Translations under genes and position numbers: made by a program
In this document: positions 17,614 through 27,014 of the stretch, piece by piece
Position numbering within the stretch: position 1 is the stretch's first letter
Layout: the number at the start of each line of letters is the position of its first letter
Notes under the pieces: model-generated
The model's database searches: none
What the model saw: only the letters and a program-made list of their open reading frames with translations
Told to the model about the DNA's origin: nothing
Origin: Bacteroidota bacterium
Lineage (GTDB): Bacteria > Bacteroidota > Bacteroidia > Bacteroidales > GCA-2748055
Direction: 5' to 3'
Assembly (NCBI GenBank): GCA_039714775.1
Contig: JBDLIQ010000003.1
Span: 13,226 to 77,225 of the forward strand
DNA: 64,000 bases

Positions 17614-18909
17614 ATGCCAGACAGAACCCCAACACGAACCCTTCTGATTATCCTGCTCCTGCTGCTTGCCGGCAGCCCGTTGCTTGCACAGTCTGATCCG
17701 GTTTCGCCCGACTCACATGCGCGGTTTCCCAAGCCCGATTTTGAATCGGGTTATCTGCAACCAACTCCAACCACCCCCGAACCCAGGAGCGTGGCCCTTG
17801 AGTACTTCGATGTTTTTGTCCTGCTGGCAGTTCTCTCCCTGGCCTCATGGCTGGCCATCAGGAGACGCTCCAGAAGGGGATTGCTCTGGCTCTCCCTTTT
17901 TTCACTGCTCTATTTCGGATTCTACCGCGATGGCTGCATCTGCTCCATTGGGGCCATCCAGAATGTGGCGCTTTCGATCTTTGATCCCGCCTATGCCATC
18001 TCCCTGGCCGCCCTTCTGTTTTTCCTGCTACCCCTTGTCTTCGCCCTTTTCTTCGGCCGCACCTTCTGTGCGGCAGCATGCCCCCTGGGTGTTATCCAGG
18101 ATCTGATTGTAATCAGTCCCGTCTCTCTGCCCAGCTGGATACGTAAGGCACTTGCCTTTATCCCGGTGGTCTACCTGGGACTTGCAGTGCTGCTGGCGGC
18201 AACAGGAAGCGACTTTATCATCTGCAGGTACGACCCCTTCGTGGGAATCTTCCGGATGGATGGCCCCTTTCTGATGATCTTCCTGGGGGTCACCTTTCTT
18301 TTGCTGGGCATGTTCTTCGCCCGGCCTTACTGCAGGGTGTTCTGTCCTTACGGGGTGCTGCTGGGGTGGATGTCCAGGTTTTCGAAATGGCACCTGAGCA
18401 TCACACCTTCGGAGTGCATCAGCTGCAAACTCTGCAAGGATTCCTGTCCCTTCGATGCCATCAATGTTCCGGAGGAGCAGGCGTACAGGAGACCCGAGGT
18501 AAGCAGGAAAAACCTGAAGCGGTTTGTTCTATACGTGGGACTGATCCCCCTGCTTACCCTGCTGGGAGGCTGGATCGGTAACAGGTCGCATATCTACCTG
18601 AGCAGGGCACATCCCGATCTCTACCTGGCCGAACAGCTAATCAGCAATCCGGGGTTGAGGGAGGATGAGGAGAACCTGGATGTGCAGGCTTTTCTTGAGT
18701 CAGGAAAAACCTTTGACCAGCTGGTGGAGGAGGCATCGGTCATCAGGGATAGATTTAGAAGGGGGAGCAGCTTACTGGGCGGTTTCCTGGGACTTGCACT
18801 GGGGATCACCCTGATGAACCAGGTGGTGTTCCGGCGAAGGGAGGATTACGAGCCCCACAGGGTCGATTGCTTCAGCTGCGGAAGGTGTATGGATTATTGT
18901 CCGGTGTAA
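17614..18909 (+). CDS. membrane polyferredoxin, NapH/NosH/MauN-like
   Basis: The ATG at 17614 lies one nt after the preceding stop. It has multiple TM helices, two CX3CP motifs (FCAAACPLG, YCRVFCPYG) and two CxxCxxCxxxCP motifs (CISCKLCKDSCP, CFSCGRCMDYCP). Confidence 0.8.
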   Translation: MPDRTPTRTLLIILLLLLAGSPLLAQSDPVSPDSHARFPKPDFESGYLQPTPTTPEPRSVALEYFDVFVLLAVLSLASWLAIRRRSRRGLLWLSLFSLLYFGFYRDGCICSIGAIQNVALSIFDPAYAISLAALLFFLLPLVFALFFGRTFCAAACPLGVIQDLIVISPVSLPSWIRKALAFIPVVYLGLAVLLAATGSDFIICRYDPFVGIFRMDGPFLMIFLGVTFLLLGMFFARPYCRVFCPYGVLLGWMSRFSKWHLSITPSECISCKLCKDSCPFDAINVPEEQAYRRPEVSRKNLKRFVLYVGLIPLLTLLGGWIGNRSHIYLSRAHPDLYLAEQLISNPGLREDEENLDVQAFLESGKTFDQLVEEASVIRDRFRRGSSLLGGFLGLALGITLMNQVVFRRREDYEPHRVDCFSCGRCMDYCPV

Positions 18910-18943
18910 TGCCGTAGTCAAATAATTGTGTCATTTTTGTAAA

Positions 18944-19477
18944 ATGATAGTTTCCGGCAAGCGCATTACATATCATAGCAAGGAATTCAAAGAGCTGTTC
19001 GATCAGTTGTTTCCTTCCATGTGCGTTGTGGCGTCTATGGTTCTCAAAGATGATGCAAAGGGAAAAGATGTCGCCCAGGAAGCTATGATTAAGCTCTGGC
19101 AAAAGCCGGATGAGAATTTCGCATCTGTGAATTCCCTGAAAGCATACTTATACGTACTGGTCAGGAATGCCTGTATAAGCCAGCTGCGGAAAGAGAAGGA
19201 TCTTCATTTTGACTCCATAGAGAATCATTATGAGCTTGTCAATGAAAAAGATCTTCTGCATGAAGTCCTGCGGGAGGAGACCTATAACCTGTTGCATAAG
19301 GCCATTGATGAATTATCCCCACAAGCCAGGAAGGTCATGCAGTTGACCATAAACGGGCTGACCAATAGTGAGATCTCTGATCGGATAGAAGTTTCAATCA
19401 ATACAGTGAAGACAGTGAAAAAGAGAGCCTATAAAACAGTAAGGGAAAAACTGGGGTCCCATTTTTTTTACAATTAG
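18944..19477 (+). CDS. ECF-type RNA polymerase sigma-70 factor
   Basis: Region 2 (DVAQEAMIKLW, YLYVLVRNACIS) and region 4 HTH (LTNSEISDRIEVSINTVKTVKKRA). The ATG at 18944 is preferred over the TTG at 18926. Confidence 0.85.
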   Translation: MIVSGKRITYHSKEFKELFDQLFPSMCVVASMVLKDDAKGKDVAQEAMIKLWQKPDENFASVNSLKAYLYVLVRNACISQLRKEKDLHFDSIENHYELVNEKDLLHEVLREETYNLLHKAIDELSPQARKVMQLTINGLTNSEISDRIEVSINTVKTVKKRAYKTVREKLGSHFFYN

Positions 19478-19545
19478 TAAGGTAACCATGTCACCCACCG
19501 TCTTTGTTTGCTGCGTCCTATTGGTGGGATAGAAAAAGTGAGTAA

Positions 19546-20757
19546 ATGGATTTGAAAAACAAAATATCACATCAGATACAAATCGCCAATCTTCTTGTAA
19601 AAGAGGCTTTTGGTACACTTACCGGGGAAGAGATATCAAGATTGGATATATGGAAAGAGGAACAATCCAATAAGCTTCTGTATGATGGGCTGTTTGAAGG
19701 TGATAAGAGGAAGAGAAGAGAGAAAATAGCAGATGGGATCGATCTGGAAAAGGAGTGGAGCACATTCCTTGAGGGACAGGAGGTCAAAAGAGGTATTGCA
19801 AGAAGAATCCAAAGGATCAGGCTATATGCTGCTGCAGCTTCAATAGCTGTGCTGATTGCTGTTTCTTCTGCTTTGATGTTGAGACAAGGGGGATTGAAAG
19901 GTCTGCTGCCAGTCTTGGTTTCCCAACCTGTAGTGATCCCTCCGGGACAAACCCGTGCTGAACTCATTCTGAATGATGGTGAAGTAATCTACCTGGAAGA
20001 TGTCAGAACTACCTTGATCCAGGATGATGAAATCGTGATCTCAAATGACTGCGGCATTCTGGAATATGAAAGCCGGGAAACAGAAGCTGAAACAGTGGCA
20101 TTGAATACGTTGAAGGTTCCGAGAGGAGGAGAGTATATGCTCATCCTGGAAGATAGTACAATTGTCTGGTTAAACTCGGAAACCCGGATAACCTACCCGG
20201 TTTACTTTTCGGGAAAAGAGCGGAAAGTAGAATTGACCGGAGAGGCCTTTTTCAAGGTGGCCAGGGACGAGCAAAGACCTTTTATTGTGGAGACCAATCA
20301 GCAAGAGGTGAAGGTGTTGGGAACAGCTTTCAATATCTCTGCATACCCCGGTGAAGAGAGTATTTACACGACCTTGGTAGAAGGTTCAGTGGAGGTTAGT
20401 TTTCCCGGGGAGGGTGACCAGCCGGTTAGAAAAGAGGTGATTGAGCCCAACCAGCAGCTGATCTATGGACACGCTTCTCACACTGTAGAACTTATTGAAG
20501 TATCCCCCTATTTGTATACCTCTTGGAAAGATGGCCGTTTTGTGTTCAGAAATGAGCCTCTCATCTCCATCATGGGGACCTTGTCAAGATGGTATGATAT
20601 TGATGTGGTATTCGAGGATGAGGGCATTAAGGAGGTTACATTCACCGGCGACTTGAAACGCTATTCAGATCTCACGGATCTGCTCAGGATCCTGGAATTG
20701 GAAATGTCGGTGAGAACGAAGATAGTGGACCATAACCGATTACTTATTAAGTACTGA
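19546..20757 (+). CDS. FecR-family anti-sigma factor
   Basis: 403 aa with a single central TM helix (LYAAAASIAVLIAVSSALML). The FecR periplasmic domain has GEAFFKVARDEQRPFIV and VLGTAFNISAY motifs. Confidence 0.85.
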   Translation: MDLKNKISHQIQIANLLVKEAFGTLTGEEISRLDIWKEEQSNKLLYDGLFEGDKRKRREKIADGIDLEKEWSTFLEGQEVKRGIARRIQRIRLYAAAASIAVLIAVSSALMLRQGGLKGLLPVLVSQPVVIPPGQTRAELILNDGEVIYLEDVRTTLIQDDEIVISNDCGILEYESRETEAETVALNTLKVPRGGEYMLILEDSTIVWLNSETRITYPVYFSGKERKVELTGEAFFKVARDEQRPFIVETNQQEVKVLGTAFNISAYPGEESIYTTLVEGSVEVSFPGEGDQPVRKEVIEPNQQLIYGHASHTVELIEVSPYLYTSWKDGRFVFRNEPLISIMGTLSRWYDIDVVFEDEGIKEVTFTGDLKRYSDLTDLLRILELEMSVRTKIVDHNRLLIKY

Positions 20758-20783
20758 TCGAGATATCTTTTCAATAAGCATTT

Positions 20784-23700
20784 ATGAAGCTGTTCAAGCC
20801 TTTTATTTTTCTGTTAGTGACCCTTTCCTCTATTCATTCTTACTCGCAAACGGCAAGGATCACTGTCAATGCCAACGATGTTGACATCAATTACATTTTT
20901 GATGAGATTCGGAAACAGGCAAACTATGGCTTCTTCTTTAACGATAATAGCGTATCTGATATTGATCATATTTCCATTAACAAAACAGATGTTACGGTAA
21001 AGGAGATTCTCGATCAGATTTTCGAGAACACCAGTTACACATATACGTTCATCGATGATACCATTGTGATCAATAAAAAGAAAGAATCAGCTAAAGAACC
21101 TCCTCCCCTGGTCATCAAAAGCAGAATCTTAGGGGTTGTTACAGATGAAGAGGGGAAACCACTTCCGGGGGCAAATATTGTAGTGAAGGAATCAGGCAGG
21201 GGAACAATCACAGATATAAATGGTCGGTTTCAGGTGTATGTCTCCGATTTGTCAGGTTATATAGTGGTCTCTTTTATCGGTTTTGAAACCCGGGAGGTGG
21301 AGATCTCAGGCAGAACCGTCCTGAATATTCAAATGAAATCATCCGCACAGGAATTGGGCGAGGTGGTAGCCACCGGTTACTATACAGTGGATAAACGGGA
21401 ATTGACCAGTTCAATTAGTGTTATTAAGAGTGACGAGTTAAAGGAAATAGGGGCCCTTACGGTTGATGAGATGCTGGTTGGTAAGGCTGCAGGACTGATG
21501 GTTACGAACCTGAGTGCCACACCAGGTGCTGCTGCCAAGATAAGGGTCCGCTCCAGCAGTACATTTACAGGAGTTCAGGCACCGTTATGGGTGGTAGATG
21601 GAGTGATTTATGAGGACCCGGTACCGCTTTCTGCAGCCGAGATAAACAGTTTTGATAATGTGAATATTATCGGGAATGCGCTATCCGGGTTGAATCCCCA
21701 GGATATTGAATCCATCAGTGTACTAAAGGATGCTTCAGCTACAGCCATTTATGGTACCAGGGCAGCAAATGGAGTCATCGCGATCACAACCAAACGGGGA
21801 AAAGTGGGAAAGCCGGTCCTGACATACCAGACCAGTGTTGGTTATATGGACAGGCCGAAGTATTCTGACATGTACCTGATGAACTCCAAAGAACGCATTG
21901 ACCTGTCGCGTGAGATGTATGAAAGAAACCTGGGCACCATTGTTGAATATAACAACCGGGACTACCTGGGTTACGAAGGAGCCCTGAAATTGCTGTGGAA
22001 TGGTACCTATACATATGAAGAGTTCCAGAACCAGGTAAGCAGGCTGGAGACGATGAACACAGATTGGTTCGGGGAATTATACCAACCGACAATTAACCAG
22101 CAACATGCCATCAGCGTTTCCGGTGGTTCAACAAATGCCAGGTACTATACCTCTCTGGGGTTGAATAAAGATAATGGGGTTGAAAATGGAGTCGGGCTTA
22201 ACAGGATTACCGGTATGGCAAAACTGGATCTTGACTTAAGCAAGAATATCCTGTTCTCCCTTAAAATTAACGGATCGATACAGAAGGCGCGATACAACCA
22301 CTCTTCAATTAATAGTTTCAACACCGCCTCCGCTACCAGCAGGGCTGTCCCGGTGTGGGATGAGAACGGGGAGCTGTTTACCCAGAGCCGGGAGATCTAC
22401 AGGCGTCAGACCGGGGGAGAGATTGTATATGCAGATTACAGCATTCTGAATGAGATGGAGAATTCAGAACGGAATATTAACAATAAGAGCTTTGCTATAA
22501 CAGGGAACTTCAACTGGAAATTCTTAAATGATTTCAGCTTCCGAAGCATGTTCAGCTTCCGAAATACCACAAACCTTTCGGAAGAGTGGATCACGGAAGA
22601 CACATACTATATTTCACGGCTAAGGACTTACAGCGACTTTAATGACCTTGTTATTGAGGATGTTGCCAATGCTGCAACGGTACCATTCGGCGGGTTGTAC
22701 TCCGGGGGAATGGTTACCCAGGATGCATTTTCAATTACCAATAAATTGAATTACAGAAAGATTATAAAGAGTGATCATGCCATTAACCTGCATCTTGCAC
22801 AGGAAGTAAGGTCAACCAAATACTGGGGAGTTTCCAACTGGATGGCTCCGGGATACAACCATTCACAAGGTAGGAGTTTTATTATGCTGCCCAGGATAGA
22901 GATGGTTCCTCATGTCGGGCTTGATGTGAACAGTTATGATTACAAAAACATGATCTCATGGATGACCAGCAGCTCTTCTGATATCTATCCTTCTATTACT
23001 GATAAGATCAGCAACAGCCTTTCCGTTTTCGGTGTATTTGATTATTCTTACAAAGGCCGTTATATTCTGAACTTCAACGTTCGCAGTGATGGTTCCAACG
23101 CATTTGGTCAGTACGAGCGATACAAGTTTAAGCCGGTGTGGTCGGTATCGTCCCGGTGGAATATACACCGTGAGTCATTCTTTAACCGAACCGGTATCCT
23201 GGAGGAGTTGTCCCTTCGGACCTCATACGGGTTCAGGGGAACGATGCCCAATGTCAGTCCCTATCTATTGATAAGTGATTATGGCAGAAACCTGGCGGAA
23301 TACTATCCGGAGAATGTAGCCAACTTCCAGGCTTTCCCCAATGCCACTTTGCGCTGGGAGAGAACCTCGACATATAATACAGGGTTAAATTACTCATTAT
23401 GGCAGGGCCGGCTCAGCGGTGTGTTTGATTACAGTTATTCTAAAAGCATTGATCTCTTACAGGCCAGGCCTGTTTCCCAGGTAAATGGGGCCAGCACGCT
23501 CTTCTATAATTCCGGGAGTAAGGATGTTCAGAGTTTTGAAATGAATATCCGTTCAGTAAACATCGATCGCCCGAACTTCAAATGGAGCACGAATTATAAC
23601 CTATCTTATGAGAAGGACCGGGTTTTAGAGGGATTTGAAGAGGGAGCAGACAATACTACGGTGTACAACTATTTGTCCGGTTCTATTTATAGAACAGGAT

Positions 23701-24413
23701 TCCCCTCAAGTGCTTTCTTTTCGTACCAGTTTAATGGACTGGATGAGCAGGGTCTTCCAACATTTAAGAACCTGTATGACGAAACCAACGGGAGTATCGA
23801 TGACCATTTAAAGAATGTGCTGGTTTATGAAGGAAGCAGGATTCCCAGGTTTTATGGTGGATTTGGAACAGAAATCAAATATAAGAGTATCATGATATCG
23901 ACCAGGTTCAGCTATAAACTTGGATATAGAACCAGGCTGCTGAAGCTATTTAACCAGAACCAGAGTATGCCGCTTCCCTATGAAAACTCACGTGCCGAAT
24001 TCAATGACCGGTGGAGAGAACCGGGCGACGAACTGTACACGGACATTCCGGTGCTGAGTGACCAGGTATTGCGGTTTTCCGAAAACCCGGACAATGAAGA
24101 GGCAATATTGGTAAGTAATGATGGGCTGATCGTTCCTTATGGAGCCAATGCCTGGTGGATGTATGATTTCAGTGACGTGCGTGTGGTGAAAGGGGATCAC
24201 ATTCGCTGGCAAACAATCGCCATATCCTACATCATCCCGGTGCAACTGCTTCAAAAGCTGAATATAAGCAGTGCAAATATCAGTATCAGAATGAGAAACA
24301 TCGCAGTATGGTCGCTGGATAAGAGGCTTTTGGGACAGGATCCTGAACAGATAATGGGGCTGGGTATGCCCACGCTTCCAAATTACGGGTTGAGTTTAAA
24401 CATGAGTTTTTGA
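20784..24413 (+). CDS. SusC/RagA-family TonB-linked outer-membrane transporter with N-terminal STN signalling domain
   Basis: 1209 aa. Signal peptide, STN-like segment (ITVNANDVDINYIFDEIRKQANYGFFF), carboxypeptidase-regulatory-like domain (GVVTDEEGKPLPGANIVV...TDINGRF), plug (GVIAITTKRGK) and a C-terminal aromatic residue (...LSLNMSF). Confidence 0.9.
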   Translation: MKLFKPFIFLLVTLSSIHSYSQTARITVNANDVDINYIFDEIRKQANYGFFFNDNSVSDIDHISINKTDVTVKEILDQIFENTSYTYTFIDDTIVINKKKESAKEPPPLVIKSRILGVVTDEEGKPLPGANIVVKESGRGTITDINGRFQVYVSDLSGYIVVSFIGFETREVEISGRTVLNIQMKSSAQELGEVVATGYYTVDKRELTSSISVIKSDELKEIGALTVDEMLVGKAAGLMVTNLSATPGAAAKIRVRSSSTFTGVQAPLWVVDGVIYEDPVPLSAAEINSFDNVNIIGNALSGLNPQDIESISVLKDASATAIYGTRAANGVIAITTKRGKVGKPVLTYQTSVGYMDRPKYSDMYLMNSKERIDLSREMYERNLGTIVEYNNRDYLGYEGALKLLWNGTYTYEEFQNQVSRLETMNTDWFGELYQPTINQQHAISVSGGSTNARYYTSLGLNKDNGVENGVGLNRITGMAKLDLDLSKNILFSLKINGSIQKARYNHSSINSFNTASATSRAVPVWDENGELFTQSREIYRRQTGGEIVYADYSILNEMENSERNINNKSFAITGNFNWKFLNDFSFRSMFSFRNTTNLSEEWITEDTYYISRLRTYSDFNDLVIEDVANAATVPFGGLYSGGMVTQDAFSITNKLNYRKIIKSDHAINLHLAQEVRSTKYWGVSNWMAPGYNHSQGRSFIMLPRIEMVPHVGLDVNSYDYKNMISWMTSSSSDIYPSITDKISNSLSVFGVFDYSYKGRYILNFNVRSDGSNAFGQYERYKFKPVWSVSSRWNIHRESFFNRTGILEELSLRTSYGFRGTMPNVSPYLLISDYGRNLAEYYPENVANFQAFPNATLRWERTSTYNTGLNYSLWQGRLSGVFDYSYSKSIDLLQARPVSQVNGASTLFYNSGSKDVQSFEMNIRSVNIDRPNFKWSTNYNLSYEKDRVLEGFEEGADNTTVYNYLSGSIYRTGFPSSAFFSYQFNGLDEQGLPTFKNLYDETNGSIDDHLKNVLVYEGSRIPRFYGGFGTEIKYKSIMISTRFSYKLGYRTRLLKLFNQNQSMPLPYENSRAEFNDRWREPGDELYTDIPVLSDQVLRFSENPDNEEAILVSNDGLIVPYGANAWWMYDFSDVRVVKGDHIRWQTIAISYIIPVQLLQKLNISSANISIRMRNIAVWSLDKRLLGQDPEQIMGLGMPTLPNYGLSLNMSF

Positions 24414-24501
24414 TTTTGTTATGATGAAACGGCCATTGAAATATTTTGCCTTCAGCGAGCTCGCAAGCTCGGTTCATCTTTTCACAAAGGGATATAAATA
24501 T

Positions 24502-25935
24502 ATGAAACGGGTACTGGTAATACTGGTGGCAACATCCTTTTGGGGATGTGGCGGTTTTCTGGACGAAGTGGATCAGGATTTGTTGGTACCTGAGAAGCCG
24601 GATCATTTTGCCGCACTGCTGCTAAAGGAATTCAACAGGGAGTATCCGATTTTCCGCACGGTGGATTATATGACCGATAACATGACCGAGATCGCCTCCA
24701 TGTCATCGAAAAGCAAAAAGGCGCAAAAAACCACCTACACATGGCAGAGGGAAATTGAGATAGATGAAGAGGGTGAAAGGGTGTTCCAGATCAACAATGC
24801 CTGGCAGAATGCTTACGAAGACATTGCCATCGCAAACTATGTGATTGAATTGATTGATGTTTCAGACGGCGACCAGGATGAGAAGGACTATATTAAAGGT
24901 GAAGCCTGTTTCATCAGAGCCCTCTCCTATTTCAACTTATTGAACCTGTATGGCAAACCCTTTGACCCCGCCACTGAAGATGCCGATCTGGGGGTGCCCT
25001 TAAGGACCAATGTTGCTATAGAGAAAGTATATTACAGGAATACCGTGAGCGAGTGTTACCAACAAATTGAAAATGATATTGTCGACGCTGTTGACTTAAT
25101 CGAAGGAAGTGGTATCGAGAAGTCGAAATGGCATCCTGATGCTCGTACTTGCAAGCTACTCATGTCCCGCGTTAAGCTATACCAGCAGAAATGGGATGAA
25201 GCAATTGTGTATGCTTCCGAGGTAATCGATGAAGCTTATTTATCCCGGATCTACCAGGGGAAGGCATTTATAACGGATGATAATGATGAGGTCCTGTACT
25301 CATTCTACACGGTGAACCCGGTCATGTCGATTTACAGCTACGATGGAAGTATCAATCAGATGAGCTACAGTGCAAGTGAGGAGTTGTACAATCTATACGA
25401 TTCTTTGGATCAGCGAAGGGAGGCCTTCTTCTCCGTGGAGGTACTGGGGCCTGATACCTATTATCACCCCACAAAGTACTCTAACATGTTCACCAAACTG
25501 GGATATGGTAATTTTCGCGTAGCCGAAGCCTACCTGAACCGGGCCGAAGCATATGCACAGCTTGATGATGTGACCGGGGCTATTGAGGACATCAGATCCA
25601 TATTATTGTACAGGTACACTGATGCATCCGGGATCGTTTATCCGGCTTCCAATCCGGAAGTTCTTGACTTTATACTAACAGAGCGCAGGAAGGAGTTGTG
25701 TTTTGAAGATCATCACCGCTGGTTCGATTTGCGAAGAATGGAAGATCAACCGGAGATCAAACACGCTTTTACGCTGGTTGATATTTTCGGGGCCACTTAC
25801 GGAAAGGAGATTTACACGCTGCTTCCCGGGGATAACAACTACACACTCTCTATCCCGTTAAAAGAGCGGGAAATAAATCCTTTGATCCGGAATAATGACA
25901 GGTTTGAGAAGATCCCGGAGATGGTAAACAGGTGA
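24502..25935 (+). CDS. SusD/RagB-family outer-membrane lipoprotein
   Basis: ATG at 24502 gives MKRVLVILVATSFWGCGG (lipobox). C-terminal SusD hallmarks are AEAYLNRAEAYAQL and ERRKELCFEDHHRWFDLRRM. Confidence 0.9.
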   Translation: MKRVLVILVATSFWGCGGFLDEVDQDLLVPEKPDHFAALLLKEFNREYPIFRTVDYMTDNMTEIASMSSKSKKAQKTTYTWQREIEIDEEGERVFQINNAWQNAYEDIAIANYVIELIDVSDGDQDEKDYIKGEACFIRALSYFNLLNLYGKPFDPATEDADLGVPLRTNVAIEKVYYRNTVSECYQQIENDIVDAVDLIEGSGIEKSKWHPDARTCKLLMSRVKLYQQKWDEAIVYASEVIDEAYLSRIYQGKAFITDDNDEVLYSFYTVNPVMSIYSYDGSINQMSYSASEELYNLYDSLDQRREAFFSVEVLGPDTYYHPTKYSNMFTKLGYGNFRVAEAYLNRAEAYAQLDDVTGAIEDIRSILLYRYTDASGIVYPASNPEVLDFILTERRKELCFEDHHRWFDLRRMEDQPEIKHAFTLVDIFGATYGKEIYTLLPGDNNYTLSIPLKEREINPLIRNNDRFEKIPEMVNR

Positions 25936-25964
25936 CTTTATCCCGATATGTGTAAAATGGAAAA

Positions 25965-27014
25965 ATGATGAAACCTACGATATACCTGATCATAATTGCC
26001 ATGGCAATGATCGCATGCTCAAGGGAGGAGGAGCTTACTCCTTCCATGAAAGATGTGGACAGGGTGGCTACTCAGATCGATTTGTCTAAACCGCTTGTGA
26101 AATTCTTATACGAGACCTATAACTGTGGGATCCTGTATGAGTTTGATTTTACCCTCGATTTTGCCTACCTGGCATCCAGCCGGAACATTGTTTACAATTG
26201 GCAGATGGTTAACCTGGAGAAGCTGGATTCCTCCGATGTGGATTTTGCACTGGGCTTCCTGGAAGACAATGTTTTTCAGTATTTTAAGGATGGAATTGAG
26301 TCTGAAGGATCCCTCTATCAATCAGATTATTTTTTAAACCAACTCCCTTTTAAGGTCCTGGTCTGCCGCGAAGTGAATACCACGAATGGTTTTCTTTTTG
26401 ATCCTTTGACCCTTTCAGATTCCAGGGCTACAGATAATGGGACCGGCGTTTTACACTCTATAGGGAACGACCATACTTTTGTTTTTGGCGTGGACAGGAG
26501 GACGATTCTTGCCAGCAGCAAAAACTTCCATAAGTATCGCAACGATAACTTTTTCCTTTTCATGGTTTATGTGATGGAAAAGCATCACATGTACGACCTG
26601 ATCCTATCTCAATTTTTTGAAACAAGTATTCAGTACTTCGGGGAGAATATTGGCGATATGTACAAAAACGAGGGGTACATTGTGGATGAATATGGCCTGG
26701 TTGATAAGGAGTGGTTCCTGAACAGGGGTTTTGTGGATGCCAGGTACTTTTACGGCAGAGAAGGTTTGCCTGATGTGACCATCGGTGACCTCACCATTGA
26801 AAAGGCCATTAAAGGAATTTTTTATTTTCCCTCTTCAAATGAAGATTTTGTAAACAGTTATCTGAACGAGCTGATACATACCAATAGCTCAAAACTGGAC
26901 ACCTATCCTGGAATCATAAAAGAGAAGTTTATAATCCTGATCGAACAATTCATGGAATGGGGTGTGGATATCGTAGCCTTTAATCCTGAACTTAATTCTC
27001 TGTACAATGAATAG
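25965..27014 (+). CDS. hypothetical lipoprotein (SusCD-locus accessory)
   Basis: MMKPTIYLIIIAMAMIACS is a lipobox. I recognise no catalytic motif. The gene overlaps the next one by 8 nt. Confidence 0.6.
   Translation: MMKPTIYLIIIAMAMIACSREEELTPSMKDVDRVATQIDLSKPLVKFLYETYNCGILYEFDFTLDFAYLASSRNIVYNWQMVNLEKLDSSDVDFALGFLEDNVFQYFKDGIESEGSLYQSDYFLNQLPFKVLVCREVNTTNGFLFDPLTLSDSRATDNGTGVLHSIGNDHTFVFGVDRRTILASSKNFHKYRNDNFFLFMVYVMEKHHMYDLILSQFFETSIQYFGENIGDMYKNEGYIVDEYGLVDKEWFLNRGFVDARYFYGREGLPDVTIGDLTIEKAIKGIFYFPSSNEDFVNSYLNELIHTNSSKLDTYPGIIKEKFIILIEQFMEWGVDIVAFNPELNSLYNE

Noticed and set aside
17031-18909. Annotating this pair as a nitrate reductase (nap) operon
   Set aside because: No NapA (molybdopterin), NapB/NapC (CxxCH) or NapD is present anywhere in the window. 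Only the NapG/NapH-like electron-transfer module is present.
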